Positions 1-10,044 of a stretch of 64,000 bases of DNA are shown in pieces. The notes beneath the pieces are model-generated. The model saw only the letters and a program-made list of their open reading frames with translations. It was not told where the DNA came from and searched no databases. Within the stretch, counting starts at the first letter, position 1; every line of letters starts with the position of its first letter. The position numbers and the translations under genes are program-made. The stretch covers positions 19,213 to 83,212 of the forward strand of contig CALECT010000054.1 in the NCBI GenBank assembly GCA_937949725.1, given 5' to 3'. Source of the stretch: an uncultured Pseudanabaenaceae cyanobacterium (lineage in GTDB: Bacteria; Cyanobacteriota; Cyanobacteriia; PCC-9006; JAAUQQ01).

Positions 1-172
1 CGCCGTCTCTTTCCCCCGAGACCAGCCCAACAATGACTCGCCAGGTTGAAAGTAGCAATCCAGCAGCCAGCAATCCAACCGACATTGCTCCCTCCTCCCT
101 GGACTTGCCTAACTTTCCCCATGGCAATGTCTAAAGGTCTAAGCTGAGGCCATAGGCAGATAGAACGACTCC

Positions 173-1159
173 ATGAACGCGATTGACTACCTACGCATTA
201 GCCTGATTGATCGCTGTAACTTCCGCTGCCAGTACTGCATGCCCGAAGGGGCAGCGCTAGATTATCTGCTCAAGTCAGCCCTGCTCCAAGACGATGAGTT
301 ACTGCTTCTGCTTAGGGAAGTCTTCACTCCACTCGGCTTCACTCGCTTTCGCCTCACGGGGGGAGAGCCCTTACTGCGCCCCAACCTAGCAGAGCTGATT
401 GCCCACATCGCAGCCCTGCCCCAAACCCAGGATATTTCCCTCACCACCAACGGCTTTCTCCTCGCCGAACAAGCTGCTGATCTCTACGCTGCGGGACTGC
501 GTCGCATCAACATCAGCCTCGACTCCCTTGATGCCGACACCTTCGACAGCCTCGCCGGAACCAAGGGCCGTTCCCGCTGGCAGCAGGTCTGGAACGGCAT
601 CCAAACTGCCTATGAGATTGGCTTTGATCCGCTCAAGCTCAATGTGGTCGTCATTCCTGGGGTGAATGACAGCGAACTCATGGACTTAGCAGCTCTCAGT
701 ATCGAGCGGGCTTGGCATGTGCGTTTTATTGAGTTTATGCCCATTGGCAATGATGACCTGTTTAGCGATCGCGGCTGGATCCCCTCGGAAGATATCCGTC
801 AGCAGGTGCGCGATCGCTGGGGCCTCGACGAAGGCTTCGTCCTGGGCAATGGCCCTGCTGATGTCTTCAAGATTCCTGGCGCTAAGGGGACTCTCGGTTT
901 TATTAGCCAGATGTCTGAATGTTTTTGCGATCGCTGCAACCGCATGCGTCTCTCCGCTGATGGCTGGCTGCGCCCCTGCCTGCTCAACGAGACCGGCCAG
1001 ATCGACCTCAAAACAGCGCTCCGTCAAGGCAGAGAGCCAGCAGAGTTACGCCAGCAAGTGCAACAGCTTCTACAGCTCAAACCAGAAATCAATTACAAAG
1101 AACGAGATGCGGGCACTACAGGCCGTTACGCCAAAACCATGTCTCAAATTGGCGGTTAA
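173..1159 (+). CDS. moaA: GTP 3',8-cyclase MoaA (radical-SAM molybdenum cofactor biosynthesis protein A)
   Basis: 328 aa. N-terminal radical-SAM CxxxCxxC (CNFRCQYC), GGEPLLR motif, and a C-terminal second-cluster motif [18 protein letters not shown] at 173. Confidence 0.92.
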   Translation: MNAIDYLRISLIDRCNFRCQYCMPEGAALDYLLKSALLQDDELLLLLREVFTPLGFTRFRLTGGEPLLRPNLAELIAHIAALPQTQDISLTTNGFLLAEQAADLYAAGLRRINISLDSLDADTFDSLAGTKGRSRWQQVWNGIQTAYEIGFDPLKLNVVVIPGVNDSELMDLAALSIERAWHVRFIEFMPIGNDDLFSDRGWIPSEDIRQQVRDRWGLDEGFVLGNGPADVFKIPGAKGTLGFISQMSECFCDRCNRMRLSADGWLRPCLLNETGQIDLKTALRQGREPAELRQQVQQLLQLKPEINYKERDAGTTGRYAKTMSQIGG

Positions 1160-1184
1160 GAGCCGACCTTTCAACTCAATCCCC

Positions 1185-1236
1185 AAACAAAAAATTAGCC
1201 TGTCGGGTATAGCCGCTTAAGCGACCCCGGCAGGCT
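1185..1236 (-). terminator. Intrinsic-terminator-like hairpin read on the minus strand
   Basis: 11-bp stem, 1197-1207 with 1226-1236, including one G-U pair. On the minus strand it is followed by AAUUUUUUGUUU (plus-strand A-run 1185-1196). There is no U-run on the plus strand, so it is a poor moaA terminator. Confidence 0.5.
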
Positions 1237-1623
1237 TATAAAGCATAACCAATAGAACGATTCGATTAAGTGCCATTCCGTGCGTCTACTGCGCACCTGA
1301 CGTATAAATAGTATCTACTAAAGGCAGGGTTTTGCCGCGATCCAGTAAACTTTATCGCCCTCCAGATAGTTTTCCCTAGGAAAATAAACTTTGCTGGGAA
1401 AACGCCAGAATTTGCGAAATCTCGGAACCTTGACAGCCAAAGCACGTCTTTGCCCGTCAGCTCTTTGCACCACCAACTAACTGTATGCCCTCTCAACTCT
1501 TTCCGGGCGCATGGGTGGTGCTCCCCTACAGCAGACCATTGACAGGACTCGGGGGACTTTAATTGGATTTGGTGAACCTGAGGAGCGTTGCAAACACACC
1601 GTCTACTCGGAAGAGATTTTGGC

Positions 1624-1663
1624 ATAAAAAAATCCTCTGCTAGCAGCCGCGCAAGCAGAGGAT
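1624..1663 (-). terminator. Rho-independent terminator of rpsD
   Basis: Perfect 10-bp stem, ATCCTCTGCT (1632-1641) with AGCAGAGGAT (1654-1663), and a 12-nt loop. A plus-strand A7 run at 1626-1632 gives a U-run after the hairpin on the minus strand. It lies 31 nt downstream of the rpsD stop. Confidence 0.75.
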
Positions 1664-1694
1664 CGATATATTGACGGATTTGGGAAGATACGAG

Positions 1695-2303
1695 CTAGAC
1701 CTTACGGGAGTAATACTCGACCACGAGTAGCTCATTGATGTTGAGTGCAACCCACTCACGATCAATGGTGCCGTTGACCTTGGCTGTCAATTTAGCCTTG
1801 TCAAACTCCAAGTGGTTAGGCAAGTTAGCCAAACCGGGATACTCCAGGTTGGCTTCCACTAGCTTTTTAGAAGCATCGCGATCGCGCACAGCAATGACAT
1901 CACCAGGCTTAATTTGGTAGCTGGGAATATCCAGAACCTTGCCATTAATAGTGACGTGGCCATGATTCACCAACTGGCGAGCAGCGGGAATCGTGGGAGC
2001 CATGCCCAAACGAAAAACAGTATTGTCCAGGCGCATTTCCAACAGTTGCAGGATGACCTGACCGGTGGAGCCTTGAACGCGACGAGCCTTCTTCACGTAA
2101 CGGATGAGCTGACGCTCGGTTACGCCATAGTTGAAGCGAAGCTTTTGCTTCTCTTCCAGACGCACAGCGTATTCAGAACGCTTGCGACGACCTTGACCAT
2201 GCTGACCAGGTGGATAGGCCCGGCGAGCGCTTTTACGGGTCAGGCCAGGTAAGTCCCCGAGGCGACGGGTTACCTTGAGGCGTGGGCCTCTAAATCGTGA
2301 CAT
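1695..2303 (-). CDS. rpsD: 30S ribosomal protein S4
   Basis: 202 aa. [16 protein letters not shown]...PGQHGQ N-terminus and an S4 RNA-binding domain ([26 protein letters not shown]). Confidence 0.96.
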   Translation of the reverse strand: MSRFRGPRLKVTRRLGDLPGLTRKSARRAYPPGQHGQGRRKRSEYAVRLEEKQKLRFNYGVTERQLIRYVKKARRVQGSTGQVILQLLEMRLDNTVFRLGMAPTIPAARQLVNHGHVTINGKVLDIPSYQIKPGDVIAVRDRDASKKLVEANLEYPGLANLPNHLEFDKAKLTAKVNGTIDREWVALNINELLVVEYYSRKV

Positions 2304-2396
2304 AGGTCATCCTCAATATAATCTTCCCAGTTGTCTAATATAGCAAAGAGTTCTGCGACTTCAACAACCTTTTTTACGCTATCTTTTCCAAGACAG

Positions 2397-2433
2397 CAAA
2401 AGCCCCTTGACTAGTGGAGTCATGGGGCTTTTG
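2397..2433 (-). terminator. Hairpin terminator downstream of the response-regulator gene
   Basis: 10-bp stem, CAAAAGCCCC (2397-2406) with GGGGCTTTTG (2424-2433), and a 17-nt loop. It lies between the regulator stop (2462) and the rpsD start (2303). Confidence 0.55.
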
Positions 2434-2461
2434 AACAGCTTAACGATCTGAGGAAGGCAGC

Positions 2462-3055
2462 CTAAGCGTGGGTCAGATTCTGCTTCACGACCTTCGTGAT
2501 TTGGGCCATCTGCTGCTTCATTTGCTTCATCTCTGCCCGCATATTGGCATTTTGCTGGCGCAGGTCCTGAACCTCGCTTTGCAGCTTTTGCAGCAGCGTG
2601 GTGGCATCCAAGGCCACATTAGCCGCCATGGTTGCAGTTTCCGTCGGCGCTGGCTCAGCAGCCACTGCAGGAGCACGACGGTTCTTCGCTTTGGCCAGGG
2701 CAGCCTTGATCGCTGTAATCAGTTTGGTCTTATCGAAGGGCTTCGCGAGAAATTCGAAATGGTCAAAGAGTTCACCAGCATTTTCTTGAACATCTTCTTC
2801 CCGGCCCGACATCAGAACTACGGGAACCTTGTGCAGTTCAGGGTAAGACAGCATTTTGTTCACCACCTGCCAGCCGTTCATCTTGGGCATGAAGCAGTCC
2901 ATGATGATCAAGCTAGGCTTTTCTTGATGGATTTTCTCAAAGCCATCGGCACCATCAACCGCTTCGACGATCTCCATATTGCCGGGGAGCATTTCTCTCA
3001 CCTGCAAGCGCATTAGCTTACTATCGTCGATGATTAAAACTTTTTGAGCGGCCAT
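2462..3055 (-). CDS. Single-domain CheY-like response regulator with a C-terminal Ala/Pro linker and coiled-coil tail
   Basis: 197 aa. Receiver motifs VLIIDDS, IIMDCFMPKMNGW and a conserved KP. The C-terminus is heptad-like (LQSEVQDLRQQNANMRAEMKQMKQQM). Confidence 0.82.
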   Translation of the reverse strand: MAAQKVLIIDDSKLMRLQVREMLPGNMEIVEAVDGADGFEKIHQEKPSLIIMDCFMPKMNGWQVVNKMLSYPELHKVPVVLMSGREEDVQENAGELFDHFEFLAKPFDKTKLITAIKAALAKAKNRRAPAVAAEPAPTETATMAANVALDATTLLQKLQSEVQDLRQQNANMRAEMKQMKQQMAQITKVVKQNLTHA

Positions 3056-3189
3056 GATTTTTCTCTCTGGTGCAGCGCTAAACGATGGCCCCTCGGGGCG
3101 TCGTGGAATTTATGCTCCTATGGAGTATTGTGCCCATCTTGAGCAAATTCATTACTACGGCAGTCAACGGAGCTGAACGAGAGACATTG

Positions 3190-3447
3190 ATGCAGTTAAT
3201 CCTCTATAGCAAACCGGGTTGCCACCTCTGTGAAGGTCTTCTGGAGAAGTTGGCGGCAGTCACCAACCTTCAGTTTGAGCTGGAAGTCCGCGATATTACG
3301 ACTCAGGAGGCTTGGTTTGAAGCCTACCAATATGAAATTCCGGTGCTCTGCTGGGTCTCTCCCACTGGCCCCCAAGAGCTGCCTCGGTTGTCCCCCCGAG
3401 CACCAGTGGCTCGTTTAGAACAATTATTGGCAACCCATTGCCAGTAA
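3190..3447 (+). CDS. Glutaredoxin-like / thioredoxin-fold protein (DUF836-type)
   Basis: The CxxC motif sits in LILYSKPGCHLCEGLLEKL, with EIPVL downstream. I prefer the internal ATG at 3190, because the ORF-track start at 3085 adds a non-conserved-looking 35 aa. Confidence 0.65.
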   Translation: MQLILYSKPGCHLCEGLLEKLAAVTNLQFELEVRDITTQEAWFEAYQYEIPVLCWVSPTGPQELPRLSPRAPVARLEQLLATHCQ

Positions 3448-3529
3448 ATTATCACTAGGATTTTTCCCAAACTCCGATCAGAAAAACCCGTTCGAACGTC
3501 CCATCCACCTGCACTCAAGGCTCTTGGTT

Positions 3530-5035
3530 ATGAAATTGCGATCGCTGCTGACCCAGGTTCCCAATCTAAAATTTGACGCCGACCATGCTGCCCTGGAGCA
3601 AACGGTCACCGGCATCAGCACCAACTCCAAGGCCATCCAGCCCGGCGAACTCTTTATTGGTATGCCGGGCACCCGCGTGGATGGTGGGACGTTTTGGCCT
3701 GGGGCAGTGGAACAGGGTGCGATCGCAGCGGTCATTTCCCCCCAAGCCCTAGCGGACAAACCCGCCACTGCTGGTGACAGTCCTTGCTTAATTACCGCTA
3801 CAGATATTGTCGAAGTCTGTGCCCAGCTGGCTGAAGCCTTCTACGACCATCCCGTCCAAAAAATGAAGCTGGTAGGCCTCACTGGCACCAACGGCAAAAC
3901 CACCACCACTCACCTGGTTGAGTTTTGGCTCAACCAGGCCCAGCGCAAAACCGCCATGCTGGGCACCCTCTACGCCCGCTGGCCCGGCTATCACCACACC
4001 GCTTCCCACACCACGCCTTTCGCGGCGGATCTGCAAAAGACGCTGGCAGCAGCGGCGGCAGATAACTGCGTTCATACGGTCATGGAAGTCAGCTCCCACG
4101 CCCTGGAACAGCGCCGTGCCTTGGGCTGTCGGTTCGAAGTGGCGGTGTTCACCAACCTGACCCAGGACCACCTGGATTATCACCCCACCATGGAGGACTA
4201 CTTCGAGGCCAAAGCGCTGATGTTCAGCGACCTTTATCTCGATGGCAGGGCTGTATTGAATAAAGACGATGCCTATGGCCGCAAGTTAATTGAGCGGCTG
4301 CCTGATGAACGTGTTTGGACCTACAGTGTCGAGTCTGAAGCGGATCTCTACACCAGCGGTCTCAACTATGGCGCAGCCGGGGTTGAGGGCACGGTTCATA
4401 CTCCCAAAGGAGAAGCCAAGTTCAGCTTGCCCCTGGTCGGTCAATTTAACCTGGCGAATTTCTTAGGAGCTCTGGGCGCTGGCTTGCATCTGGGTCTGGA
4501 GCTGGAGCAGATGATGGAAGTTCTGCCGAAGTTCACGGGCGTTCCCGGCCGCATGGAGCGAGTCCTCGCGGAGCAAAATGCTGAGAAGCAAGATATTAGC
4601 GTGATCGTGGACTACGCCCACACGCCGGATAGCTTGGAGAATTTGCTCAAGGCAGCGCGACCTTTTATTCCAGGGGAGGTCATTTGTGTATTTGGTTGCG
4701 GGGGCGATCGCGATCGCACCAAGCGCCCCCTGATGGGCGGCATCGCAGCCCGCCTAGCCGACAAGGTCTATGCCACCTCCGACAATCCCCGCACCGAAGA
4801 CCCTGACGCCATTCTTAAGGACGTCGTCGCAGGCATCCCCGATGACGTCAACCCCGTCGTCACCGCCGATCGCGGTGAGGCCATCCGCCAAGCGATCACC
4901 CAAGCCAAACCTGGCGACGGCGTCCTGATCGCGGGCAAAGGCCACGAAGACTACCAAATCCTCGGTACTGAGAAAATCCACTTCGATGATCGCGAACAGG
5001 CCCGCGAAGCCCTAAACCTCCGCGTCAACGCCTGA
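3530..5035 (+). CDS. murE: UDP-N-acetylmuramoyl-L-alanyl-D-glutamate--2,6-diaminopimelate ligase
   Basis: Mur ligase P-loop GLTGTNGKTTTTHL, DYAHTPDSLENLL, GCGGDRDRTKRP, and the DAP-specifying DNPRTEDP motif. ATG at 3530; the ORF-track start at 3524 is TTG. Confidence 0.93.
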   Translation: MKLRSLLTQVPNLKFDADHAALEQTVTGISTNSKAIQPGELFIGMPGTRVDGGTFWPGAVEQGAIAAVISPQALADKPATAGDSPCLITATDIVEVCAQLAEAFYDHPVQKMKLVGLTGTNGKTTTTHLVEFWLNQAQRKTAMLGTLYARWPGYHHTASHTTPFAADLQKTLAAAAADNCVHTVMEVSSHALEQRRALGCRFEVAVFTNLTQDHLDYHPTMEDYFEAKALMFSDLYLDGRAVLNKDDAYGRKLIERLPDERVWTYSVESEADLYTSGLNYGAAGVEGTVHTPKGEAKFSLPLVGQFNLANFLGALGAGLHLGLELEQMMEVLPKFTGVPGRMERVLAEQNAEKQDISVIVDYAHTPDSLENLLKAARPFIPGEVICVFGCGGDRDRTKRPLMGGIAARLADKVYATSDNPRTEDPDAILKDVVAGIPDDVNPVVTADRGEAIRQAITQAKPGDGVLIAGKGHEDYQILGTEKIHFDDREQAREALNLRVNA

Positions 5036-5060
5036 TCCTCCTCAATCAATCCATCACCAC

Positions 5061-5133
5061 GTAGGGGCAGGGTTCCCCTGTCCAGCCCGGCATTGCCTTG
5101 CCGAAGCCGAGGGCAGGGGGACCCTGCCCCTAC
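5061..5133. repeat. Long palindromic element or bidirectional terminator between convergent genes
   Basis: 20-bp stem, GTAGGGGCAGGGTTCCCCTG (5061-5080) with CAGGGGGACCCTGCCCCTAC (5114-5133), including one G-U pair, and a 33-nt loop. It lies between the murE stop and the transporter stop. Confidence 0.7.
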
Positions 5134-5177
5134 CGTACATGGGGGCAAATCTATTGAATGCGCATGAATTCGCGTTC

Positions 5178-7421
5178 CTAACTCGCGTTCAAAATCTCCC
5201 GCGAATCAAAATCAGGTGCCGCCAAAATAAACATCGACGTCGGCAACCCCTGGGTCATCGCCTGAACCCCTTGATAGGACTTCTTCAGCATCTCCAAACC
5301 CTCCTCTCCTTCAGGACTCGCCAAGCCCAGCAAAATCAAATCAGCATACTTAGAAGACTTACTCAAAACCTCCGGGAACGGCTTGCCATCCGTCACAATC
5401 ACCTCCGGCTTCGCACTCAAGCGAAACCGCTGCACCAAAGCATTCAAATTCGCCAATGCCGCCTGCTCCGCCTGGGCACTGGGCACCGCCAGCTTGAGAT
5501 TAATATCTGCATCCCGCCACACCCGGCTGGTCTGCAAAATATAGGCCACGATTAGCTTAAAACCGCCGTTGCGCTGCAACTCACTCACCCAAATATCAAT
5601 GCGCCTCGTCTTGCCAAAGCCCACATCAGCATTGTCCTGAAGGATCATCACATTGCGACCCTGACGATAAAAGGTCTGCACCATCTGGCAATAGCGGTCT
5701 AGGCGCTCTTCATCCTGGGAACTTCCCAACAGCACCGTATTAGGAACCACAGGACCCAAGCCATAGGTCTGAACCAGCTGCTCTGCCCCCTCAAAGGTAT
5801 CCTTTGCCATCATCACCCGCACAAGTCCAGCAACACCACGCTGCTCCATATAGCTGCGAATCGTCGATTCAGACTTTTGTTGTTTCCCCGGTTCCCGCGA
5901 ACCGCTAGGCAGGATACTCGCCACCGTAATCAAGCCGCTGTTATGAGTCAGGGCTCGACCCATCTCAATCAGAGGCCAGCGTCGGGTCGGAATTCCCGAG
6001 AGGATCAAAAAATGGGGACGCCAATTGCGAGCATCAGTATGGGGCTCCGGTCCCAACTTGAGCAGGCTTTGGCGAAGTAGCGCCAGCCATAGACCGCGAC
6101 CCACATCTCCCCAAGCACTCTGAATCTGCTGCTGCTTCAGCCAAACAAACACACCGATGACAATCAATGCGGCAAGAATCGTTGCCACCGAGTTAATCAA
6201 GAACATCACCGCCATGCAACCCACAGCCCCCAGCATGGAAAGGGACCAATGGACCCGGAAGGTGGGTCGAAAAGAGGGGCTCTTGAGGAAATTCTCTAAC
6301 CCAGCCGCCACGTTCAGCACCATGTAAGTGGTGAGGAAGAACATGGTCAGAATGGGGGCCAACAGGTTTAGATCCCCTAGGGAAACCGCTAGCAAAACAA
6401 TAGCTAGGGTGACAATTGTTCCAGTGCGAGGCTCGTTATCAGAGCCGTGTCCATTGCCTAGCCATCGTAAGGAGCGGGGGAGGACGCGATCGCGCGCCAA
6501 AGCTTGCAAGACCCTCGGAGCTCCCAAAATGCTGCCCAAGGCACTAGACAACGTCGCTCCCCAAACCCCCAGAGAAATCGCCGGTCCCCACAGGGCCATC
6601 TTCTCCATCACAAAAGAATCTGCCCGCAGGGTCTCGCTATCCGCCCAGTTCGCTAGGAAAAACGGAATGATCATATAGACCAAGTAACCGCTACCCACCG
6701 CCAGGAGCGTGCCCTTAGGAATGGAGCGGCTGGGATCTTTGAGATCGCCGGACATGCCCACGCCGGACATAATTCCGGTCACAGCGGGGAAAAACACGGC
6801 AAACACGACCCAAAAGGATTCTTGGGTGATATTGGCACCCTCGGGGATCTCCGTAACTGAAGGGATCGCCCCCCCCGCGAAAAATGACAGCAGAGAGAGA
6901 ATAATCGCCGCCATAATCACGTACTGAATACGGATAGCAAAGGCAGCAGACTGAATTGCCACCCCCGCAACCAAAACGGCTGTGACAATGCCCACAATCG
7001 TCGGGTCCAGCATGGGGAAAGCCCCCACAAGGCTCTCGCTAAAGCCAATGACGTAAAGCGCAATAGATAGGGTCTGGGCAATGTATAGCGGAATGCCCAC
7101 CGCCCCACCCACCTCAAAGCCGAGGGAGCGACTAATCATGTTGTAGGCTCCCCCTGTGCCCACTAGCCGGTCCGTTGCAATCTCCGCAATGGAAAGGGCT
7201 GTGAGAAATGTAATCGCTGTGGAGAGGGTGACGATCGCCAAGGTTCCCACCAGTCCCACCTGGCCAACAACCCAACCAAAGCGTAGATACATGATCACGC
7301 CGAGGATTGTCAGGATGGAAGGTGTATAGACCCCTCCAAATGTCCCTAAGCCATTACTGGCTTGACTTTCTGTGTCTTTGGAAAGCGTGGCTTCAGAGGA
7401 AGCTTTTCCGAGCTTTTTCAT
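5178..7421 (-). CDS. APC-superfamily permease of the cation-chloride cotransporter (SLC12-like) type with a large cytoplasmic C-terminal domain
   Basis: About 747 aa. The N-terminal ~480 aa are multi-pass hydrophobic with amino-acid-permease-like motifs (GTFGGVYTPSILTILGVIMYLRFGWVVG). The soluble C-terminal domain is ~270 aa. ATG at 7421 (MKKLGK) is preferred over TTG at 7445. Confidence 0.8.
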   Translation of the reverse strand: MKKLGKASSEATLSKDTESQASNGLGTFGGVYTPSILTILGVIMYLRFGWVVGQVGLVGTLAIVTLSTAITFLTALSIAEIATDRLVGTGGAYNMISRSLGFEVGGAVGIPLYIAQTLSIALYVIGFSESLVGAFPMLDPTIVGIVTAVLVAGVAIQSAAFAIRIQYVIMAAIILSLLSFFAGGAIPSVTEIPEGANITQESFWVVFAVFFPAVTGIMSGVGMSGDLKDPSRSIPKGTLLAVGSGYLVYMIIPFFLANWADSETLRADSFVMEKMALWGPAISLGVWGATLSSALGSILGAPRVLQALARDRVLPRSLRWLGNGHGSDNEPRTGTIVTLAIVLLAVSLGDLNLLAPILTMFFLTTYMVLNVAAGLENFLKSPSFRPTFRVHWSLSMLGAVGCMAVMFLINSVATILAALIVIGVFVWLKQQQIQSAWGDVGRGLWLALLRQSLLKLGPEPHTDARNWRPHFLILSGIPTRRWPLIEMGRALTHNSGLITVASILPSGSREPGKQQKSESTIRSYMEQRGVAGLVRVMMAKDTFEGAEQLVQTYGLGPVVPNTVLLGSSQDEERLDRYCQMVQTFYRQGRNVMILQDNADVGFGKTRRIDIWVSELQRNGGFKLIVAYILQTSRVWRDADINLKLAVPSAQAEQAALANLNALVQRFRLSAKPEVIVTDGKPFPEVLSKSSKYADLILLGLASPEGEEGLEMLKKSYQGVQAMTQGLPTSMFILAAPDFDSREILNAS

Positions 7422-8200
7422 AGTGAAACCTAAACGCTGACGCAAATAAGCGTGAAGAATAAAACGGAAGAGGCAAGGCAGATATCTGGGTTCATATCAC
7501 TGGGACCTTAGCCCTCAGCCAATCTTGCGAATAAGGGCCCATGGCTCCGAAGAAGGCCTAACAGGCGACGAACATTCCCAAACGTTCAAATAGATAATTA
7601 GTAGACCCTAACCCCGATACCGCCCCAAGAACCTCAACGGGAAGCCGAGGCCAAGCCAAAAGCCATAGGAGTAAATTAAGTGACTCTGATACAGGAGAAA
7701 ATCCGCGAAACCAGCGGAAAGCCTATTCGCTCGCCATTAGCTAGGGACTCCAGCCCCTTAACTTATCGCAAAAGTGGCTTTTATACCCTCTATAAGCTGG
7801 TAAAACCACAGTCCTATGAGTCTTTAAGAGCAGGAGACCAACTTCCACAGCTTCACAATATTGATTGTTAGCCAACAATCTCAAGAATCCCCCTCAAGAC
7901 CACATCGCAATACGAAGTCGAAACCATAACGTCTTACCCACTATCACCTAAGATTTCCCAGACTTGGAGTTCTTGCAGATGGAGCAACGTAATAACACGG
8001 GAATCTCGATTTTGCTTGACCAGGGCGCATCTCGGGGTTCCGTGGAACAGCCATGGTTGTAACAAAATTGCCCAGTTAGATTGGGTAACATTGGAGATGC
8101 TAATGATTGGGTTATTTAACCCCTGCGTTTTCTCCACTGCTAGGTGTTAACTTTTAATTAGTGAAACCTTGAGCGAGCTTAATTCAATCCGCTAGCTTCC

Positions 8201-8917
8201 ATGGAAATTTCCTCCGTGTCTTCCCTCGAATCTCAGGTTTCTCCCCAGATATCCGCTGAGCTGGCCGAAAACCAGTTACAAAATGTGGATAAGCCTGGAA
8301 CAGAGTTGATCCATAGCCTTGAAGCTCAGATGCAACCCAACGCCCACAGCGGCAAATCTGTGACTGAGTTTCGCAGCACCTTTACTGACTGCATGGAAAT
8401 GTATGCCAATGCAGATAAGGTTGCCGAGTATTTAGACGAACACCATTCTTGGTTTCGCCGTTGTGCTGCGCCAATGGAAGCAGAATCCATTGGTGAAACG
8501 GGCTATGCCCTTAGCTTGGGGCGATTTGGCTCCTTGGGTTACCACATTGAACCCAAGATTGGCTTAAATCTTTTACCCCAAGATGCAGGTGTTTATCGCA
8601 TTCGCACCATTGAAGTGCCCGACTATGAGGCCGTGGGCTATGACGTAGATTTCCAAGCATCCTTGGAACTCAATGAGCATGAGCCTAACGATGAGAAGCT
8701 TCAGGTTGATTGCTTGACTCGTGTGGAATGGACCTTAGATCTAGGCGTTTCCATTGAGTTTCCACGCTTTATCAGCGCTTTGCCGAAGAAGATGGTTAAG
8801 GGGACTGGCGATCGCCTCCTCAACCAAATCGTCCGCCAAATCTCCCGTCGCCTGACCCACAAAGTTCAAGAAGACTTCCATACCTCCATGAACTTACCCA
8901 TGCCCAACACTAAGTAG
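8201..8917 (+). CDS. Conserved hypothetical protein (possibly DUF1997 family)
   Basis: 238-aa ORF with host-like composition and HIP1 sites. The family assignment is from memory of the general pattern only. Confidence 0.6.
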   Translation: MEISSVSSLESQVSPQISAELAENQLQNVDKPGTELIHSLEAQMQPNAHSGKSVTEFRSTFTDCMEMYANADKVAEYLDEHHSWFRRCAAPMEAESIGETGYALSLGRFGSLGYHIEPKIGLNLLPQDAGVYRIRTIEVPDYEAVGYDVDFQASLELNEHEPNDEKLQVDCLTRVEWTLDLGVSIEFPRFISALPKKMVKGTGDRLLNQIVRQISRRLTHKVQEDFHTSMNLPMPNTK

Positions 8918-8938
8918 GCAGGTAGATAGAAATTTCTT

Positions 8939-8979
8939 CAGCCCCCCCTGAGAGCAAATTATTGCTTCCAGGGGGGCTG
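8939..8979. terminator. GC-rich hairpin between convergent genes
   Basis: CAGCCCCCCCTG (8939-8950) pairs with CAGGGGGGCTG (8969-8979), giving an ~11-bp stem with one bulged C and an 18-nt loop. Confidence 0.5.
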
Positions 8980-9063
8980 CATTTGGGGATAAGCAAGAGC
9001 AAGCTGAACAAAGGTGACTTCTCCCCAGCATTCCCCCTTTAGCTTGCTTCCCTGGACGGCGCT

Positions 9064-9795
9064 TTACTGACCAATAATTGCCTTCCAGGCAAAGAGCGGC
9101 AGCGCTAACATTCGCTTCCAGCGCCAGGGCTCCTGGTACAAGCGATAGACCCACTCCAAGTTGTTGTCGCAGAAAAACTTGGGAGCCCGAATTTTATTGC
9201 CTGACCAAATATCGAAGCTACCGCCGCAGCCAATCCAGATGGCGTTAGGGCAGACTTGGCGATGCTGTTGAATCCATTGCTCCTGACGGGGAACCCCTAG
9301 ACCAACGAGGATGAGCTTGGGTTGCTCTTGCTCCAGCTTTGCGAGTAGCTCCGCTTCGCCCTCCGCTTGGATGTAGCCGTCGCTGATTCCCGTGAAATTA
9401 ATGCCGGGGGCTCGTCGCTGCCATTCCACTGCTGCGGCATCGGCCACACCGGGTTTTCCGCCGTAGAAGTAAACGGGCCAGCCTTGGGAGCCCGCTCGGC
9501 GCAGCATTTCTTCGGATAGTTCAATACCAGGGCAGCGCTCGACGGGCTTGCCACGGAGTTTGAGGTAGAGGACAACCCCCGCACCATCGGGGATTACGAG
9601 GTCAGCTTTGTTGATGACATCGGCTAGGATGGGGTCCTTTTCGGCAGCGATCGCCATTTCGGCATTGAGCGTCACCACGTGGATACTGTCGCCTGCATTG
9701 AGGCGATCGCTCAGCCAGTCGGGATAACTTTGAAGAAGTTGGATGGGCAAACCCAACACTGTAGTCGTTTCGGGGCGATTGCTCAGGGCAGTCAT
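9064..9795 (-). CDS. WecB/TagA/CpsF-family glycosyltransferase
   Basis: 243 aa. Family-typical VVTLNAEMAIAAEKDP...ADLVIPDGAGVV and LILVGLGVPRQEQWI. Confidence 0.85.
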   Translation of the reverse strand: MTALSNRPETTTVLGLPIQLLQSYPDWLSDRLNAGDSIHVVTLNAEMAIAAEKDPILADVINKADLVIPDGAGVVLYLKLRGKPVERCPGIELSEEMLRRAGSQGWPVYFYGGKPGVADAAAVEWQRRAPGINFTGISDGYIQAEGEAELLAKLEQEQPKLILVGLGVPRQEQWIQQHRQVCPNAIWIGCGGSFDIWSGNKIRAPKFFCDNNLEWVYRLYQEPWRWKRMLALPLFAWKAIIGQ

Positions 9796-10044
9796 CAGTC
9801 TCTCCGGCAGCAGCAGACTCTGGGTTAAGCAACCGATTTGAGCCGGGACTATTGTGACTTAAATTGCCAGAATTGCAGGGGCTTTTTCTCGGGTTCCACC
9901 GAATTTTCAGTCTTACCAAGCCTGAGCATTTCCCCCAAGAGTTTCAGGAATGCGGGTGGCAGAGATGAAAAAGACTTGTTAGACTGCCATCAACAAGCGG
10001 CCCAGCTGCACAAGATTTATCGGGCGCAATTCGCCCAATCATCA

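Noticed and set aside
1-172. Possible Moco (molybdenum cofactor) riboswitch in the moaA leader (CCCCGAGACC ... GCTCCCTCCTCCCTGG)
   Set aside because: I could not reconstruct the conserved Moco-motif helices from memory with any confidence. The leader is also truncated by the window start. It needs cmsearch with Rfam RF01055.
1266-1625. 119-aa minus-strand ORF between moaA and rpsD
   Set aside because: The Cys/Trp/Arg-rich composition is not protein-like, no motif is recognisable, and its start overlaps the rpsD terminator. I treat it as non-coding (see the sRNA finding).
2468-3016. Long antisense or alternative-frame ORFs inside well-supported genes (also 5139-5555, 10506-10997, 11374-11952, 14562-15799 series, 16271-16936, 21713-22120, 26299-26976, 32907-33293, 39876-40178, 56266-57000 series, 59196-59633)
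   Set aside because: All overlap genes with clear family signatures and translate to Arg/His/Gly/Leu-rich sequence typical of GC-rich shadow frames.
7826-7841. B12-box-like string AAGAGCAGGAGACCAA in the 755-bp spacer upstream of the DUF1997-like gene
   Set aside because: Only the GGAGACC core matches. I could not find the other cobalamin-riboswitch elements in the correct order, and neither neighbouring gene is B12-related.
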